A stretch of DNA of 64,000 nt, taken from Myxococcota bacterium (GTDB taxonomy: Bacteria > Myxococcota_A > UBA796 > CAJQPC01). A model generated the notes under the pieces. The model did no database searches. It was not told the DNA's origin and saw nothing but the letters and a program-made list of their open reading frames with translations. Made by a program: the position numbers and the translations under genes. The stretch is taken from assembly GCA_036229005.1 (NCBI GenBank), contig JAZAMN010000024.1, positions 160,001-224,000 of the forward strand, in the 5' to 3' direction. Below, piece by piece: positions 52,959 to 63,724 of the stretch (its first letter is position 1; each line of letters opens with the position of its first letter).

Positions 52959-53513
52959 ATGATTCCGATCGCACAAGACTGCACCCTGGAGGCCCTCGAG
53001 GCCGCCCTGGACGCCGCCTCACCCGCCGAGCGCAAGGCCTGGATGCGCGGCCTCCGCAAGCGGGACATGGCCCGGCTCTACGACCTGGCCGAGGGACGCG
53101 ATGTGGGCCCCGAGTTCTTCCTGGACCCCGACGGCGGCGAGCTCACCTGGGCGGGGCGGAACTCCCTGCCGGCCTTCTCCGACTTCGCCAAGGCCTTCGC
53201 GCGCTTCAACGGCCGCATCCAGGGCTACAACGTGAACGAGGGCGTCGCGGAGTGGTTTGGGGGACCCGGCCACTTCCTGGTTCGCGCCTGCGGGGCTGAG
53301 CACGGTCAGCAGTTGATCTTTGACTACACCTGGGAGCCCGACGCGGTCCCGGCTCACTGGCCTGGGGCAGTGTCCAATCTGAAAGGCAGCTACAAGCTGG
53401 TCTATGGAAACATGAAGGACGTGGTCCGGCGCCTCTCCAAGGACCTGATCGTGAGCGCCGCCTACCGAAAGGGCAAGCCCGAGGGGGCCTACTTCTGCCT
53501 GGTTCGCCCCTGA
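52959..53513 (+). CDS. Hypothetical protein
   Basis: GGAGG RBS; GRNSLP.F..F.K, GYN, MKDVVR motifs; no function assigned. Confidence 0.7.
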   Translation: MIPIAQDCTLEALEAALDAASPAERKAWMRGLRKRDMARLYDLAEGRDVGPEFFLDPDGGELTWAGRNSLPAFSDFAKAFARFNGRIQGYNVNEGVAEWFGGPGHFLVRACGAEHGQQLIFDYTWEPDAVPAHWPGAVSNLKGSYKLVYGNMKDVVRRLSKDLIVSAAYRKGKPEGAYFCLVRP

Positions 53514-53598
53514 CCCTGGGCGCAATGCGCTAAAGATCCCCTGAGCGCGACCGATGGCGGGTCCGCTCGACGAAAAACCGGAAAGGAGGGGGATCCCC

Positions 53599-54825
53599 AT
53601 GCGTCACACACTTCTGCTCACCACCCTGGCTCTGTCTGCGCTCACCGCCTGCAAGGACAGCGGCAACGGCGAGGACACCGCGGGCACAAGCACCGTGGGC
53701 ATCTGGACCCTGGGCAGCACGCCCTGCACCGGCAGCCGCGTGGACGCGCTCGAGTGCGACGACGCCGACACCTGCTATGTGGGCTGCGGGCAGAACGCCG
53801 AGGGCGTGGGACTCTTCCTGAGCAGCGACGCCGGCGGGAGCTGGGACGCCCCGGACGACGAGGCCGGCGGCTACTTCGCCACCATGCGCGTCAACCACCT
53901 CTCCCGCGGGGACGACGGCCTGCTCTACGTCGCCGGAGAGGGCAGCAGCAGCTACCGCGTGGTCTCCCTGGACACCGACAGCGGCGCCCTGGGCGCGGTC
54001 TACACCAACGGCAGCACGGTGGACTACTCCTTCACCGCGGGCTCCTTCGCGACCACCGGCGACACCATGGTGGCCGAGTCGCTGACCGGCACCGGCATCG
54101 TGGTCAAGCACCCCGGTGACAGCGCCTGGCTGGCCGAGTGGGAGGCCAACGACGGCTGGGCCGCTGGCTACGGCTGGTGGAACAACTCCGGCGAGTCGGG
54201 CCACGTGCAGGTGCTGGACATGGGCGTGGTCTCCGGCGAGATCGTCGGCGCCGGCTCCACCATCAACTACCCCCCCGTGGTCTACCTGCCGCCCCAGTCC
54301 TGGGACTTCGGCAGCAGCAGCGGCGGCGACTACGCCGACCAGATGTGGGAGACCGTCGTCCTGAACGAGGGCGCCTTCTCCCAGTACATCGGCGAGTGCT
54401 GGGGCATCGACGGCAACAGCGACGGCCTGGCCGTGGCCTGCGTGGACCAGGACGCCGACCGCGCCATGGTCTACACCATCGGCAGCGACTGGAAGACCAG
54501 CGCCTACGACGCCAGCAACTGGACCGAGAGCGACCTGAGCACCGTGCTCAGCGCCTCGCTGGTGCAGGACCACAGCACCTGGACCCGCCAGGTCTGCCGC
54601 GGTCCCGACAACCTGGTCGTCGCCGTGGGCGCGGACACCCAGGACGACACCGGCTGGATGGCCACCTCGACCGACGGCGGGAGCACCTGGACCGACCACA
54701 CCGACGACATCGTCGAGGCCTACGGGGACAGCTTCTCCGCCCTCTTCCAGTGCCAGGTGGTGGACGACCACATCGTCGCCGCCGGCGCCGGGGTGATGAT
54801 CCAGGTGGCGGTCGCGGACCTCTGA
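53599..54825 (+). CDS. Beta-propeller (BNR/Asp-box) lipoprotein
   Basis: AGGAGG RBS; LTAC; SSDAGGSW and STDGGSTW Asp-boxes. Confidence 0.8.
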   Translation: MRHTLLLTTLALSALTACKDSGNGEDTAGTSTVGIWTLGSTPCTGSRVDALECDDADTCYVGCGQNAEGVGLFLSSDAGGSWDAPDDEAGGYFATMRVNHLSRGDDGLLYVAGEGSSSYRVVSLDTDSGALGAVYTNGSTVDYSFTAGSFATTGDTMVAESLTGTGIVVKHPGDSAWLAEWEANDGWAAGYGWWNNSGESGHVQVLDMGVVSGEIVGAGSTINYPPVVYLPPQSWDFGSSSGGDYADQMWETVVLNEGAFSQYIGECWGIDGNSDGLAVACVDQDADRAMVYTIGSDWKTSAYDASNWTESDLSTVLSASLVQDHSTWTRQVCRGPDNLVVAVGADTQDDTGWMATSTDGGSTWTDHTDDIVEAYGDSFSALFQCQVVDDHIVAAGAGVMIQVAVADL

Positions 54826-54876
54826 TTCCCTGGGCGGATCTGGACGCTGTGCTCTGGGCTGCGGTTCAGATGCGGC

Positions 54877-56889
54877 TCAGAGCTCCATCCACCAGAGCTG
54901 GTCGGTCCCGAAGCCGACCAGCTCCGGCTCCCCGTCCAGGTCAATGTCCGCCAGCCGGCCCGCGCTCAGCCTGTCCTCGCTGGTGCCGACCAGTAGCGTG
55001 GCGTCCGAGCGGGACAGGTCGGTGTAGGTGAGGGTGGTTGTCAGCGGAAGCGGCAGCACCCAGTTCTCTCCCTGCCCGAGCCCGGCGCCGGAGAGCGAGA
55101 GCCGGTCGTCCTGGAGCGCCAGGGGGTCGCCGCTGTTGTCGGTGGGCGCGTAGATCCGCACCAGAGAGCGGTAGTCCCAGTCCGGCGTGTTGCCCCCCAG
55201 GGCGATGACCGCCGCGTGGTCCGCCTCGCTGCGGCCGTAGACCAGGTCCGGGTAGCCGTCGCCGTCCAGGTCCCCCTTGGCCAGGGCAGGCACGGCCGCG
55301 TAGCAATGCGCGCGCGAGAAGCGGGTGATGTCGTCGTCGGCGTCGATGCTGCCGGTGAAGGGCCCCTCCAGCAGGGAGACCCGGTACCCCACGTCCGTGC
55401 AGCCGCTGTTGTACCAGGCGTACTCCTGATGAACCAGCGCCATCTCGACCTGCCCGTCCCCATCGTAGTCGGCCAGCTTCATCCCGCGGCCGTCGATCCC
55501 CACCCGGTCGCCGTCGCCGTCCACCCAGTTCAGGGTCGCCAGCTCCGTGTCCGTGAGGGGGTCGAAGAGGGTTGAGCCCCAGAGCAGCACACTGCCCTCC
55601 ACCTCCTCCAGACCCTGGTCCACGAACGCCCAGTCACTCCACCCCCCCGGCGAGGACAGGCTGCTGCTGCCGGACCCGTCGTACAGCCGCAGCCCCTCGT
55701 CTTCGTGGCCCAGCAGCCAGACCGTGCCGCTGTCGCGCTCGATGGGCAGGACCAGCGTGGCCTTCTCGGGGAAGCTCAGCGCCTCCCAGCTACCGTCCAG
55801 GGGGAGCGCCCCGCGCCAGACCACCCAGTCGTCGTCGCGCCAGGCCGCCGAGTCGCTGCCCACCCAGAGCGCGCCGATCCCCGGGGTCTCGGTGTGTGCG
55901 TCCGCGTTCTGGTGCAGCTCTGGTCCGTCCACCCAGACGTACACCGGGTAGTGCCGGCTGAGCACGGCGCCGGCCGCGTCCTTGAACACCACCTTGAAGC
56001 TGTAGGCGCCCGCCTCGCTCACGCTCAGGGTGGGGCAGGCCGCGCTGTTGCTCTCCAGGGTCAGCTCGGGGACGCCGGACTCCTGGACCCAGCGCACGCT
56101 GTCGGCGGCCTCGAAGCCCTCGAAGCCCCGGGCGCTGAGCTGGTAGCTGCCCACCTGGGCGTAGTCGTCGGGAGCGAGCACCGGCGCGCTCACCTGCACC
56201 CGGGCGATGGCCTTGTCTCCCGCGCTGTTCTCGAAGCGCACCGCGTAGATCCCCGGCAGGTCCGCGACGAAGCTGCTCCCGCTGGCTGTGCTGCCCTCGG
56301 GGGCCTCGATGAGCTTCTCGGTCTCGGCGTTCGAGGCTGAGAATGTCAGAGTGTCGCCGAGCATCGCAGGGGGCAGATCCGCCGCCTCAACCCGGGGCGT
56401 TTCGCTGTCCGTGCGGATGACGAGGAAGTCCTTCGCGCTGTCGCTGCCGCTGCTCACTGTGAGCCTCACCACCGCGGACTCGAGGCCCTCGGGCGGGGTG
56501 AAGGACGCCGTGGTCCCAGCGAGGTCAACGGTCTGCTCGCCGCTGTCTGTCTGCATCGTCACGCGCCACGCGGCGCTCAGGGTGCCTGGGCCGGTGGAGG
56601 CGCTGGCGTCCAGGGAGACCGCGCCGCCGCTCCAGAGCAGGTTCGGGCCGGCGTCTGCCTTCACCAGCTCGACGGTGGGGCAGTCCCAGTCCGGGGTGGG
56701 GGTGCCCGTGTCGCCTGGGTCTCCGGTGTCAGCCGGGTCCCCGGTGTCGTCCGCAGTGCCGCTGTCCGCCGTGTCCGAGCGCTCGCCCGAGTCCCCGCTG
56801 CCCTCTCCCGCTCGCGCATCAACGGGGACCCGGTAGGTGCGGCAGCCCAGGGTCGCGACAGACAGCAGCAGCCAGAAGCCCACGGGCAC
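54877..56889 (-). CDS. Lipoprotein with PKD-like and FG-GAP domains
   Basis: LGC lipobox; ADAGP..VSLDASAS; D.DGDG repeats. Confidence 0.75.
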   Translation of the reverse strand: MPVGFWLLLSVATLGCRTYRVPVDARAGEGSGDSGERSDTADSGTADDTGDPADTGDPGDTGTPTPDWDCPTVELVKADAGPNLLWSGGAVSLDASASTGPGTLSAAWRVTMQTDSGEQTVDLAGTTASFTPPEGLESAVVRLTVSSGSDSAKDFLVIRTDSETPRVEAADLPPAMLGDTLTFSASNAETEKLIEAPEGSTASGSSFVADLPGIYAVRFENSAGDKAIARVQVSAPVLAPDDYAQVGSYQLSARGFEGFEAADSVRWVQESGVPELTLESNSAACPTLSVSEAGAYSFKVVFKDAAGAVLSRHYPVYVWVDGPELHQNADAHTETPGIGALWVGSDSAAWRDDDWVVWRGALPLDGSWEALSFPEKATLVLPIERDSGTVWLLGHEDEGLRLYDGSGSSSLSSPGGWSDWAFVDQGLEEVEGSVLLWGSTLFDPLTDTELATLNWVDGDGDRVGIDGRGMKLADYDGDGQVEMALVHQEYAWYNSGCTDVGYRVSLLEGPFTGSIDADDDITRFSRAHCYAAVPALAKGDLDGDGYPDLVYGRSEADHAAVIALGGNTPDWDYRSLVRIYAPTDNSGDPLALQDDRLSLSGAGLGQGENWVLPLPLTTTLTYTDLSRSDATLLVGTSEDRLSAGRLADIDLDGEPELVGFGTDQLWWMEL

Positions 56890-56950
56890 CTCCCATGTCC
56901 AGGAGGATGCCGGAGATCCAGGCAACTGTCAACCTGTAGGTTACAGGTGC

Positions 56951-58204
56951 TCAGGCGAGCAGGGCCTCGATCGGGGCCTTGTGCTGGATGTGCGCGGGCT
57001 TCTCCACGCCAGTGAGCTCGAAGAGGGTGGCGCCCAGGTGGCCGGCGTCCTGGATGACTCCGGCGGCGTCGGGCTCCCCGGCGCTGTTCAGGGGCTCTCC
57101 TTCGAAGTCTTCGTTGAACAGCCCGACGACCTGGCCGCCCTTGATCCCGGAGCCCACCAGCAGCGCGGAGGTCCAGATCCAGTGGTCCTTTCCGCCGGCG
57201 CCGTTGAGCAGGGGGGCCCGGCCCATCTCGCTGCAGACCAGCACGGTGGTCTCGTCCAGCAGGGTCCCGCCGCCGCTGCCCGGGCGCGCGGCAAGGGAGT
57301 CCACGACGTCCTTGACGTCGCTGAACAGGTACTGCAGGTGCCGGTTGTGCTGGCCGATCGCGGAGTGGTGATCCCAGCCGGCGCGGAAGCCCGGGTGCGC
57401 GACCGTGACCACGCGGCTCAGGCCCAGCTCCAGGCAGTCCAGGGCCGGCGCCATGCGGTCGGCCACGGAGATGTTCGCGGCGTAGTCCAGGCCCAGGTCG
57501 ATCTGGTCGCCCAGGGCGTTGACCCGGTGCAGGCGCTCCAGGCCGGTGGCGTAGTCTTCCATCCAACTGTCGGACTCCAGCCCGGCGGCGCGGCCGGCCA
57601 GGTATGCGTCCACGGAGTCCACGGCGCTCTCGCTCAGGGCCTGGGTGGGCATCTCCGAGCTGTCCAGAGCTTCGCCGGAGATCAGGGCGGAGAGCTGCCC
57701 CGACTCCCCCAGGCGCATGATCTGGGGGCCGAACTCGCCGGTGAACACGGGGCCGCTGGACACCACCATGGGCAGCTCCAGCTCGGTGGAGGCCCCGGCG
57801 ATGGTCGCGAACCAGTCGGGCACGCCGGGGGTGGCGGAGTCGGTGAAGAGCTGCTTGAGCCCGCTGGGGTGGGTCAGGGCGCGCACCTGCATCCCGTTGA
57901 GGATGGCGGCGCGGTCCCCCCAGGCGTCAAAGAACGCCTTGACCGCGGGGCGCTCGGGGCTGTGGACGTAGGGGATGCCCCCGGCGCCGTACTCGGCCGA
58001 GGCGGTCTCGTCGAAGTAGAAGGTGGGGTGCCCCAGCGTGCTGGTGAAGACCCAGGTGGGGTCCCAGCCGCCGAAGCAGTAGATCACCACCAGCTTGCGC
58101 TGGGCGGGGGTCGTCGTGGCGGCGCGGACGGTGGGGATCGCGAAGGGCAGCAGGGCCCCGGAGGCCAGGGCGGCGGCGGCGAGCTGTCGTCGATTCAGGA
58201 TCAT
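56951..58204 (-). CDS. DUF1501 family protein (Tat-exported)
   Basis: LNRRQL, GGWDP, WDHH, LDETTV...SEMGRAP.LN..GKDHW, GSGIKGGQVVG. Confidence 0.88.
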   Translation of the reverse strand: MILNRRQLAAAALASGALLPFAIPTVRAATTTPAQRKLVVIYCFGGWDPTWVFTSTLGHPTFYFDETASAEYGAGGIPYVHSPERPAVKAFFDAWGDRAAILNGMQVRALTHPSGLKQLFTDSATPGVPDWFATIAGASTELELPMVVSSGPVFTGEFGPQIMRLGESGQLSALISGEALDSSEMPTQALSESAVDSVDAYLAGRAAGLESDSWMEDYATGLERLHRVNALGDQIDLGLDYAANISVADRMAPALDCLELGLSRVVTVAHPGFRAGWDHHSAIGQHNRHLQYLFSDVKDVVDSLAARPGSGGGTLLDETTVLVCSEMGRAPLLNGAGGKDHWIWTSALLVGSGIKGGQVVGLFNEDFEGEPLNSAGEPDAAGVIQDAGHLGATLFELTGVEKPAHIQHKAPIEALLA

Positions 58205-59814
58205 CAGTAGCTCAGGAACTCGGGGTCACGGAGGAGGGCGGAGAGCGTGCCTTGCCAGGCGATCTGGGGGTCGCCGCTGATGTGCTCCAGGTCCAGCCAG
58301 AGCTGCCCGAGCTCGGCCACGTCCTGGTCGCTGGGGCGCACGGCCCGCGTCTGCCACATCAGGCGGGCCAGCGCGGCGTCGAAGCCAGCGTCTCCGGGGC
58401 GCTCGCTGAGCGTGGTCCCCTCCAGCAGGCCGCCCGCCTCGAAGGGGGTGCCGTGGAGCACCAGGTAGCCGGCGGCGCCCTCGGCCAGGCGCTGGGCGAC
58501 CAGGGTGGTGGTCATGCTGGGGGACTGGAGGGAGGTCGTCGTGAACTGCCCGTCGATGCCCCCAGCCAGGGTCCTGTAGCCCCAGGTGTCGTTGTCCATC
58601 TGGTTGAACCCGGTGTCTGTCCACAGGAAGCCGGTGAGCTCCGACACCGCGGTCTCGAGCTGCCCGGGGGAGAGCTGCCGCCGCACCGACTCGCGGCTGC
58701 GCATGTGTTCGGTGGCGGCCTCACCGAAGGCGCCCACCTGGTACTCGGGGGTCTCGGTGATGGCCGCGAGCACGGCCAGCATGTGCCCCTTCTCGTCGCG
58801 GTAGACCTGCTGGAGCTCCTCCAGGCGGGCGGCGTCCAGCTCGGGATCCACGCTGCGCCGCAGGGTCAGCTCGGTCATGGACTGCACCGCGCACTTGCCG
58901 AAGCGGGGGTCGGCCGCGATGGTATGGCCCAGCTCCTCCAGGCCGGAGACGGGCTGGCCGTACCAGGCGGGCTCGACCTCCAGGAAGCCGCGGCCCAGGA
59001 CCTCGCGCTCCGGGTGGTAGGTCCCCAGCTCAAAGGCGCTGTCCTGCACCGAGATCCAGAAGCCGAACAGGGTCGCCCCCAGCGGGTCCAGGGTCGCGTG
59101 GCAGGTGATGCAGGTGGGCACGGTCTTGACCGCCTGCTCCAGGGCCTCTTCGTCGCTGAGGGGGGGCAGGTTGTCGAAGTCCACGACCCGGGCGCTGTAG
59201 TCGTCGCAGACCAGCAGGCGGGTCAGCGCGTTGCTGCGCGTGCGCGAGTAGGAGTTCAGGGTGGTCTGGTAGCGCCACCACAGCCCGTTGCTGGAGAGCA
59301 CGCCCGCCATGGGCCGCTGGTCGGTGTAGGTGGTCTTCTGCCAGCCGGTCTGGCCCTCTTCCCAGGCCACCGGCCAGATCTCGGCCAGGGTCTCGTTGGC
59401 GAAGCTGTAGTCGGCCGTGACCACCTCGGACCAGGGGCGGTCCTGGGCGACCACGTGGGCCAGCAGGCGCATGGGCTCCTCACCCACGGAGGCCTCGAAG
59501 GGGTGCTCCTTGCTGGGGTCGTCCGCCCACTGCTCGAACTCCGTGTGGAAGATGTAGTAGCTCTCGATGCGCGTGTGCCACCGCTCGGTGAACAGGCGCA
59601 CCAGGCGCTCTTCGAGCAGGGGATCGTGCAGGTACTGGTCGCGCAGGACCAGGAGCTGCTCCGGGTCCTCTTCGACGGCGTCCAGCTCCTGGACCGAGGG
59701 CAGGGTGCCGCGCAGGTCCAGGGACATGCGCCGGAGCAGGCGGGGAGCATCCAAGGGGACGAGCGCAGGCTCCTCCGCGTGGTTGCAGGCGAGGGTCAGC
59801 CACAGGGCGATCAC
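58204..59814 (-). CDS. DUF1549/DUF1585/DUF1588-type lipoprotein with CxxCH
   Basis: RLLRRMSLDLRGTLPS, AGVLS, CITCHATLDP; coupled to DUF1501 gene. Confidence 0.8.
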   Translation of the reverse strand: MIALWLTLACNHAEEPALVPLDAPRLLRRMSLDLRGTLPSVQELDAVEEDPEQLLVLRDQYLHDPLLEERLVRLFTERWHTRIESYYIFHTEFEQWADDPSKEHPFEASVGEEPMRLLAHVVAQDRPWSEVVTADYSFANETLAEIWPVAWEEGQTGWQKTTYTDQRPMAGVLSSNGLWWRYQTTLNSYSRTRSNALTRLLVCDDYSARVVDFDNLPPLSDEEALEQAVKTVPTCITCHATLDPLGATLFGFWISVQDSAFELGTYHPEREVLGRGFLEVEPAWYGQPVSGLEELGHTIAADPRFGKCAVQSMTELTLRRSVDPELDAARLEELQQVYRDEKGHMLAVLAAITETPEYQVGAFGEAATEHMRSRESVRRQLSPGQLETAVSELTGFLWTDTGFNQMDNDTWGYRTLAGGIDGQFTTTSLQSPSMTTTLVAQRLAEGAAGYLVLHGTPFEAGGLLEGTTLSERPGDAGFDAALARLMWQTRAVRPSDQDVAELGQLWLDLEHISGDPQIAWQGTLSALLRDPEFLSY

Positions 59815-60596
59815 TGAAGGCTCCCTTGGATCCAGGCGTCGATGGGTGTGTCGAGGTCCACGCAGCCCTGCCCCACGGCGTTCCCGGCCTGGAAGACCCA
59901 CGCGGAGCAGCCGGCCGGTCCCAGGATGGCGCGGTACCAGCCGTGGTCGGAGCGCACGGCGACGCCCCCAGAGACGATCTTGCGCTCGTTGGTGGACCAG
60001 CCCAGGTTGTCAAAGGCCATGGAGCCCTCGGCGCTGGTGACGGAGCCGTTGAGGTAGAGCACGGGGCCGACCTCGGGGTCCTCGGTGAACCACTCCGCCC
60101 AAAGCGCCATGCTCTTGCGCCCCTCTTCCCAGGGGGGGACCCCCTCGTACCCGAAGGTGCCGAGCAGGTGCATGAAGACGAAGCCCTCCCCGCCGAGCAG
60201 GATGGACTCACCGCCACACCAGAAGGTGCGCCCGTCAGGGTCGATGACGTAGGCGTCGCAGAGGAACTCGAAGCCCCCGACCTCTTCGTCGAACTTGAGC
60301 GCGGTCATCCCGCTGAAGTAGTACCCGGTGTCCGCTTGGCAGCCGAAGGGCGCGTCCAGCATGGAGTAGTCCACGCGCTCGGGGCAGGCCTCGGTGCTCC
60401 CCAGGTCCACCAGCTCCACCCAGGTCTCCACGATGGGGAGGGCCATCGGGATGCCGCCGTCCAGGATGGCCTGGGTGTGGGCCGCGGCGGTCTCGCCGTC
60501 CCACTGGGATGGGGTCGCCTCGTAGGGCGGTGCGGTGTCCTGGATCGCCGTGGACGCAGGCTCGGAGCCGGTGCAGGCGAGGGTGAGCAGAAGCAT
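59811..60596 (-). CDS. Lipoprotein, hypothetical
   Basis: MLLLTLAC; stop overlaps next GTG. Confidence 0.75.
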   Translation of the reverse strand: MLLLTLACTGSEPASTAIQDTAPPYEATPSQWDGETAAAHTQAILDGGIPMALPIVETWVELVDLGSTEACPERVDYSMLDAPFGCQADTGYYFSGMTALKFDEEVGGFEFLCDAYVIDPDGRTFWCGGESILLGGEGFVFMHLLGTFGYEGVPPWEEGRKSMALWAEWFTEDPEVGPVLYLNGSVTSAEGSMAFDNLGWSTNERKIVSGGVAVRSDHGWYRAILGPAGCSAWVFQAGNAVGQGCVDLDTPIDAWIQGSLQ

Positions 60597-60636
60597 GGGC
60601 GCAAGCGTAGCGCGCCTCCGAGCCCGAACTCCAGGG

Positions 60637-61548
60637 CTATTCGCCCGCCAGCCAGCGTCGCGCGCCGAAGCGCGGGCGGATCTCCCCCGAAGCGTCCAGC
60701 CAGCGGGCCCGGTTCGCAGCGACCACGCGGAAGCGCCGCCGCCAGGTCAGCGCAGGCCCGTCCCTGAACTCAAGCTGCAGCAGGAGCTGCTCTGCGGGGG
60801 GCTGGACGGATGGATCCCGGCCCCGGGTGAACACGCCCACGGCCAGGGTTCCGGGGTCCTGGGCCAGGCGCAGGGCCAGGTCGGTGGCCTCGGTCTCCGC
60901 GGCGCGTTCAGGCATGAGCCGGGCCTCGATCACGCCGTCGCCGTAGCGCAGCACGGCGCGGGGGAGCCGCCCCTTGGAGACGAACCAGCTCTCCATCAGG
61001 TGTCCGGCCATCTGCGCGATGTCTTCGGCGGTCGCGCCCTCGGGCACAGGGATCACCGCCTCGGGCGCCAGGGTCTCCTCGTCTGCGACCAGGCGCACCG
61101 AGGTGTCCAGCGGCTCCACAAACAGCGAGGCGTAGCGGCCACCTTCGGGGCCCTGCCCGTCGCTGCGGCTCCACTCTCCCAGGTACTCCAGGCCGGTGGG
61201 CAGCGTCATGAAGGGCCGGACGTGCAGCTCCCACCTCTCCCCAGGGAAGCTGCGGCGCACAAAGAGGTGACGCAGCACCCCCGCGCCCGAGAGCAAGGGG
61301 GCCTCCCCAGCGGTCACCACCCACTGCACCTCCTCTTCGGAGAGCAGCGCGCGCTCGGCGGCCGCACACTCAGCGGGCGACAGGTCCACGCGCAGCACCG
61401 CGAGGCGCTCGCTGCGAGAGCCTCCCACCACCATCCAGGGCAGTCCCCGGTGCTTCTCGGCGTTGCGCTCCGCCTCCTCCAGCAGCTCCATCATGGGATC
61501 GCCAGGGGGGAGGGGCAGTCGGGCCAGGGGCAGGACGAGCTCAGTCAC
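60637..61548 (-). CDS. Hypothetical protein
   Basis: Fills gap; TACCGT 6 nt before GTG; no family recognised. Confidence 0.6.
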   Translation of the reverse strand: MTELVLPLARLPLPPGDPMMELLEEAERNAEKHRGLPWMVVGGSRSERLAVLRVDLSPAECAAAERALLSEEEVQWVVTAGEAPLLSGAGVLRHLFVRRSFPGERWELHVRPFMTLPTGLEYLGEWSRSDGQGPEGGRYASLFVEPLDTSVRLVADEETLAPEAVIPVPEGATAEDIAQMAGHLMESWFVSKGRLPRAVLRYGDGVIEARLMPERAAETEATDLALRLAQDPGTLAVGVFTRGRDPSVQPPAEQLLLQLEFRDGPALTWRRRFRVVAANRARWLDASGEIRPRFGARRWLAGE

Positions 61549-61615
61549 CCCCAGACGGTAGCAGAATCCTGGCCCGCCGGTCGGAGCCCAGGGGCCTCTG
61601 CGTTAGTCGGGGCCC

Positions 61616-63682
61616 ATGCGGCTCCTGCTCGTCCAGCCTCCTCTGACCCAGCTCAACACGCCCTACCCGGGGACCGCCTACCTGGCGCGCGCCCTGCGGG
61701 AGCGGGGCATCCCGGCCTCCCAGCGTGACCTGGGCATCGAGCTGGCCCTCTCCCTCTTCTCCCGCGAGGGCCTGGAGGAGGTGTTCGCCGAGCTGGAGGA
61801 GCAGGACGCGCTGCCCGACCCGGCCTGGAGGGCCCTGGCCCTGGCCCCGGCGCACCTGGCGGCCATCGATCCCGTGATCGCCTTCCTGCAGGGGCGGGAC
61901 CAGTCGCTGGCGCACCGCATCCTGCACAGTCCGCTGCTGCCCACGGGCCCCCGCCTGGAGCGCGCCGATCTGGAGGGCTTTGGCCCCCTGGGTGCCACGG
62001 ACGCCGCCCGGCACCTGGCGACTCTGTATCTGGCGGATCTGGCGGATCTGATCACCTCCTGCGTGGATCCGGGCTTTGGGCTGGCCCGCTACCAGCACCA
62101 CCTGGCGCTCTCCCCCGCGCCCTTCGACCCTCTGTGGGAGAGGCTGCAGGAGCAGAGCCTGGTGGACCGCCACCTGGACGATCTGATCGACACCCTGGAC
62201 GCCGACGTGGTCGGCCTCTCCGTGCCCTTTCCGGGGAATCTGTATGGGGCCCTGCGCATCGGCCGCGCCCTCAAGCAGCGGGGTGTCACGGTCTGGATGG
62301 GGGGCGGCTACGTCAACACAGAGCTGCGGGAGGTCAACGAGCCCAGACTGTGGGAGTGCGTGGACGCGCTCACCTATGACGACGGAGAAGGACCGCTGCT
62401 CGCCCTCATCGAGCACCACCAAGGGGGACCCGACCGTCGACACAGAACACGGACCGCCCTGGGCATGCACGAGGCCACCGTCAGCGCGCTCCCGATGACC
62501 AGCGCTGCCTGGTATGGGGACCTGGATCGCAGTCTGTATCTCGACCTGCTGGACACCCTGAACCCCGCGCACAGACTCTGGTCCGAGGGCCGGTGGAACA
62601 AGCTCACCCTGGCCCACGGCTGCTACTGGAAGCGCTGCGCGTTCTGTGATGTGTCACTGGACTACATCAGCCGCTACGAACCGGCGCGCATCGAGACCCT
62701 GCTGGACCAGATCGAAGAGCTCGTACAGACCACCGGCGTGCGCGGCTTCCACCTGGTGGACGAGGCCGCTCCGCCCCGGGGGCTGCGGGACCTGGCCTTG
62801 GGCCTGCTGGAGCGGGACCTGCGCATCACGTTCTGGGGCAACATCCGCTTTGAGGAGGCCTTCACCCCCGATCTGTGTCGCCTCCTCTCCGCCGCCGGGA
62901 TGGTGGCTGTCACCGGCGGCCTGGAGGTCGCCTCCGACAGACTCCTGGAGCGCATGGCCAAGGGTGTCACAGTCGAGCAGGTCGCCCGCGCCGCGCAGGC
63001 CTTCCAGGAGGCGGGCATCCTGGTCCACGCCTACCTGATGTACGGCTTCCCCACACAGAGCGTCCAGGAGACCGTGGACTCCATGGAGCTGGTCCGCCAG
63101 CTCTTTGAGCAGGGATTGTTGGACTCCGCGTTCTGGCACCGCTTCGCGCTCACCCGACACAGTCCCGTGTACGCGGATCCCGCAGCCTACGGCGTGGTGG
63201 TCCCCGAGTACCGGCCGGGCTTCGGCGCCGGCGATGTGCCCCACACAGATCCCCAGGGCGCGGACCACGACCAGTTCGACGCGGTGCTCCCGGTGGCCTT
63301 GGAGGCCTGGATGCGCGGGCGCGAGCTGAGCCGCCCTGTGCAGCAGTGGTTCCCGACTCGGATGCCACCTGCCACAGAGTCCCCGACACGGATCGCGGAG
63401 GCCTTGCGCCAAGCCGCACCTCGCGGGCGCCGACTTGTGTGGCTTGGGGGTGGTGTGTGGGAAGAAGGCGAGGCGGTGATCGTCCACAGCAACCAGGGGA
63501 CCCAGAGCCTCTTCCTCCCGGAGCCGGATCAGAGGGAGTGGTTGCTGGATGTGTTGGAGGCTGCGACCCCCACCGTCGGGCAGCTCACGGTGAAGCAGGC
63601 CCTCTCTGGACTGGATGCCGCCGACGAGGTCGGGCTGGGCTTGCTGGAGAGTCTGTGTGAGATGGGGCTGGTCCGCGTCTGA
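61616..63682 (+). CDS. B12-binding-domain radical SAM protein
   Basis: PPLTQLNTPYP, GCYWKRCAFCD, VDEAAPP, HAYLMYGFP. Confidence 0.9.
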   Translation: MRLLLVQPPLTQLNTPYPGTAYLARALRERGIPASQRDLGIELALSLFSREGLEEVFAELEEQDALPDPAWRALALAPAHLAAIDPVIAFLQGRDQSLAHRILHSPLLPTGPRLERADLEGFGPLGATDAARHLATLYLADLADLITSCVDPGFGLARYQHHLALSPAPFDPLWERLQEQSLVDRHLDDLIDTLDADVVGLSVPFPGNLYGALRIGRALKQRGVTVWMGGGYVNTELREVNEPRLWECVDALTYDDGEGPLLALIEHHQGGPDRRHRTRTALGMHEATVSALPMTSAAWYGDLDRSLYLDLLDTLNPAHRLWSEGRWNKLTLAHGCYWKRCAFCDVSLDYISRYEPARIETLLDQIEELVQTTGVRGFHLVDEAAPPRGLRDLALGLLERDLRITFWGNIRFEEAFTPDLCRLLSAAGMVAVTGGLEVASDRLLERMAKGVTVEQVARAAQAFQEAGILVHAYLMYGFPTQSVQETVDSMELVRQLFEQGLLDSAFWHRFALTRHSPVYADPAAYGVVVPEYRPGFGAGDVPHTDPQGADHDQFDAVLPVALEAWMRGRELSRPVQQWFPTRMPPATESPTRIAEALRQAAPRGRRLVWLGGGVWEEGEAVIVHSNQGTQSLFLPEPDQREWLLDVLEAATPTVGQLTVKQALSGLDAADEVGLGLLESLCEMGLVRV

Positions 63683-63724
63683 ATCAGGGAGGGCGCCGCC
63701 GCACCCGGGGGTTAGGATGGGAAG

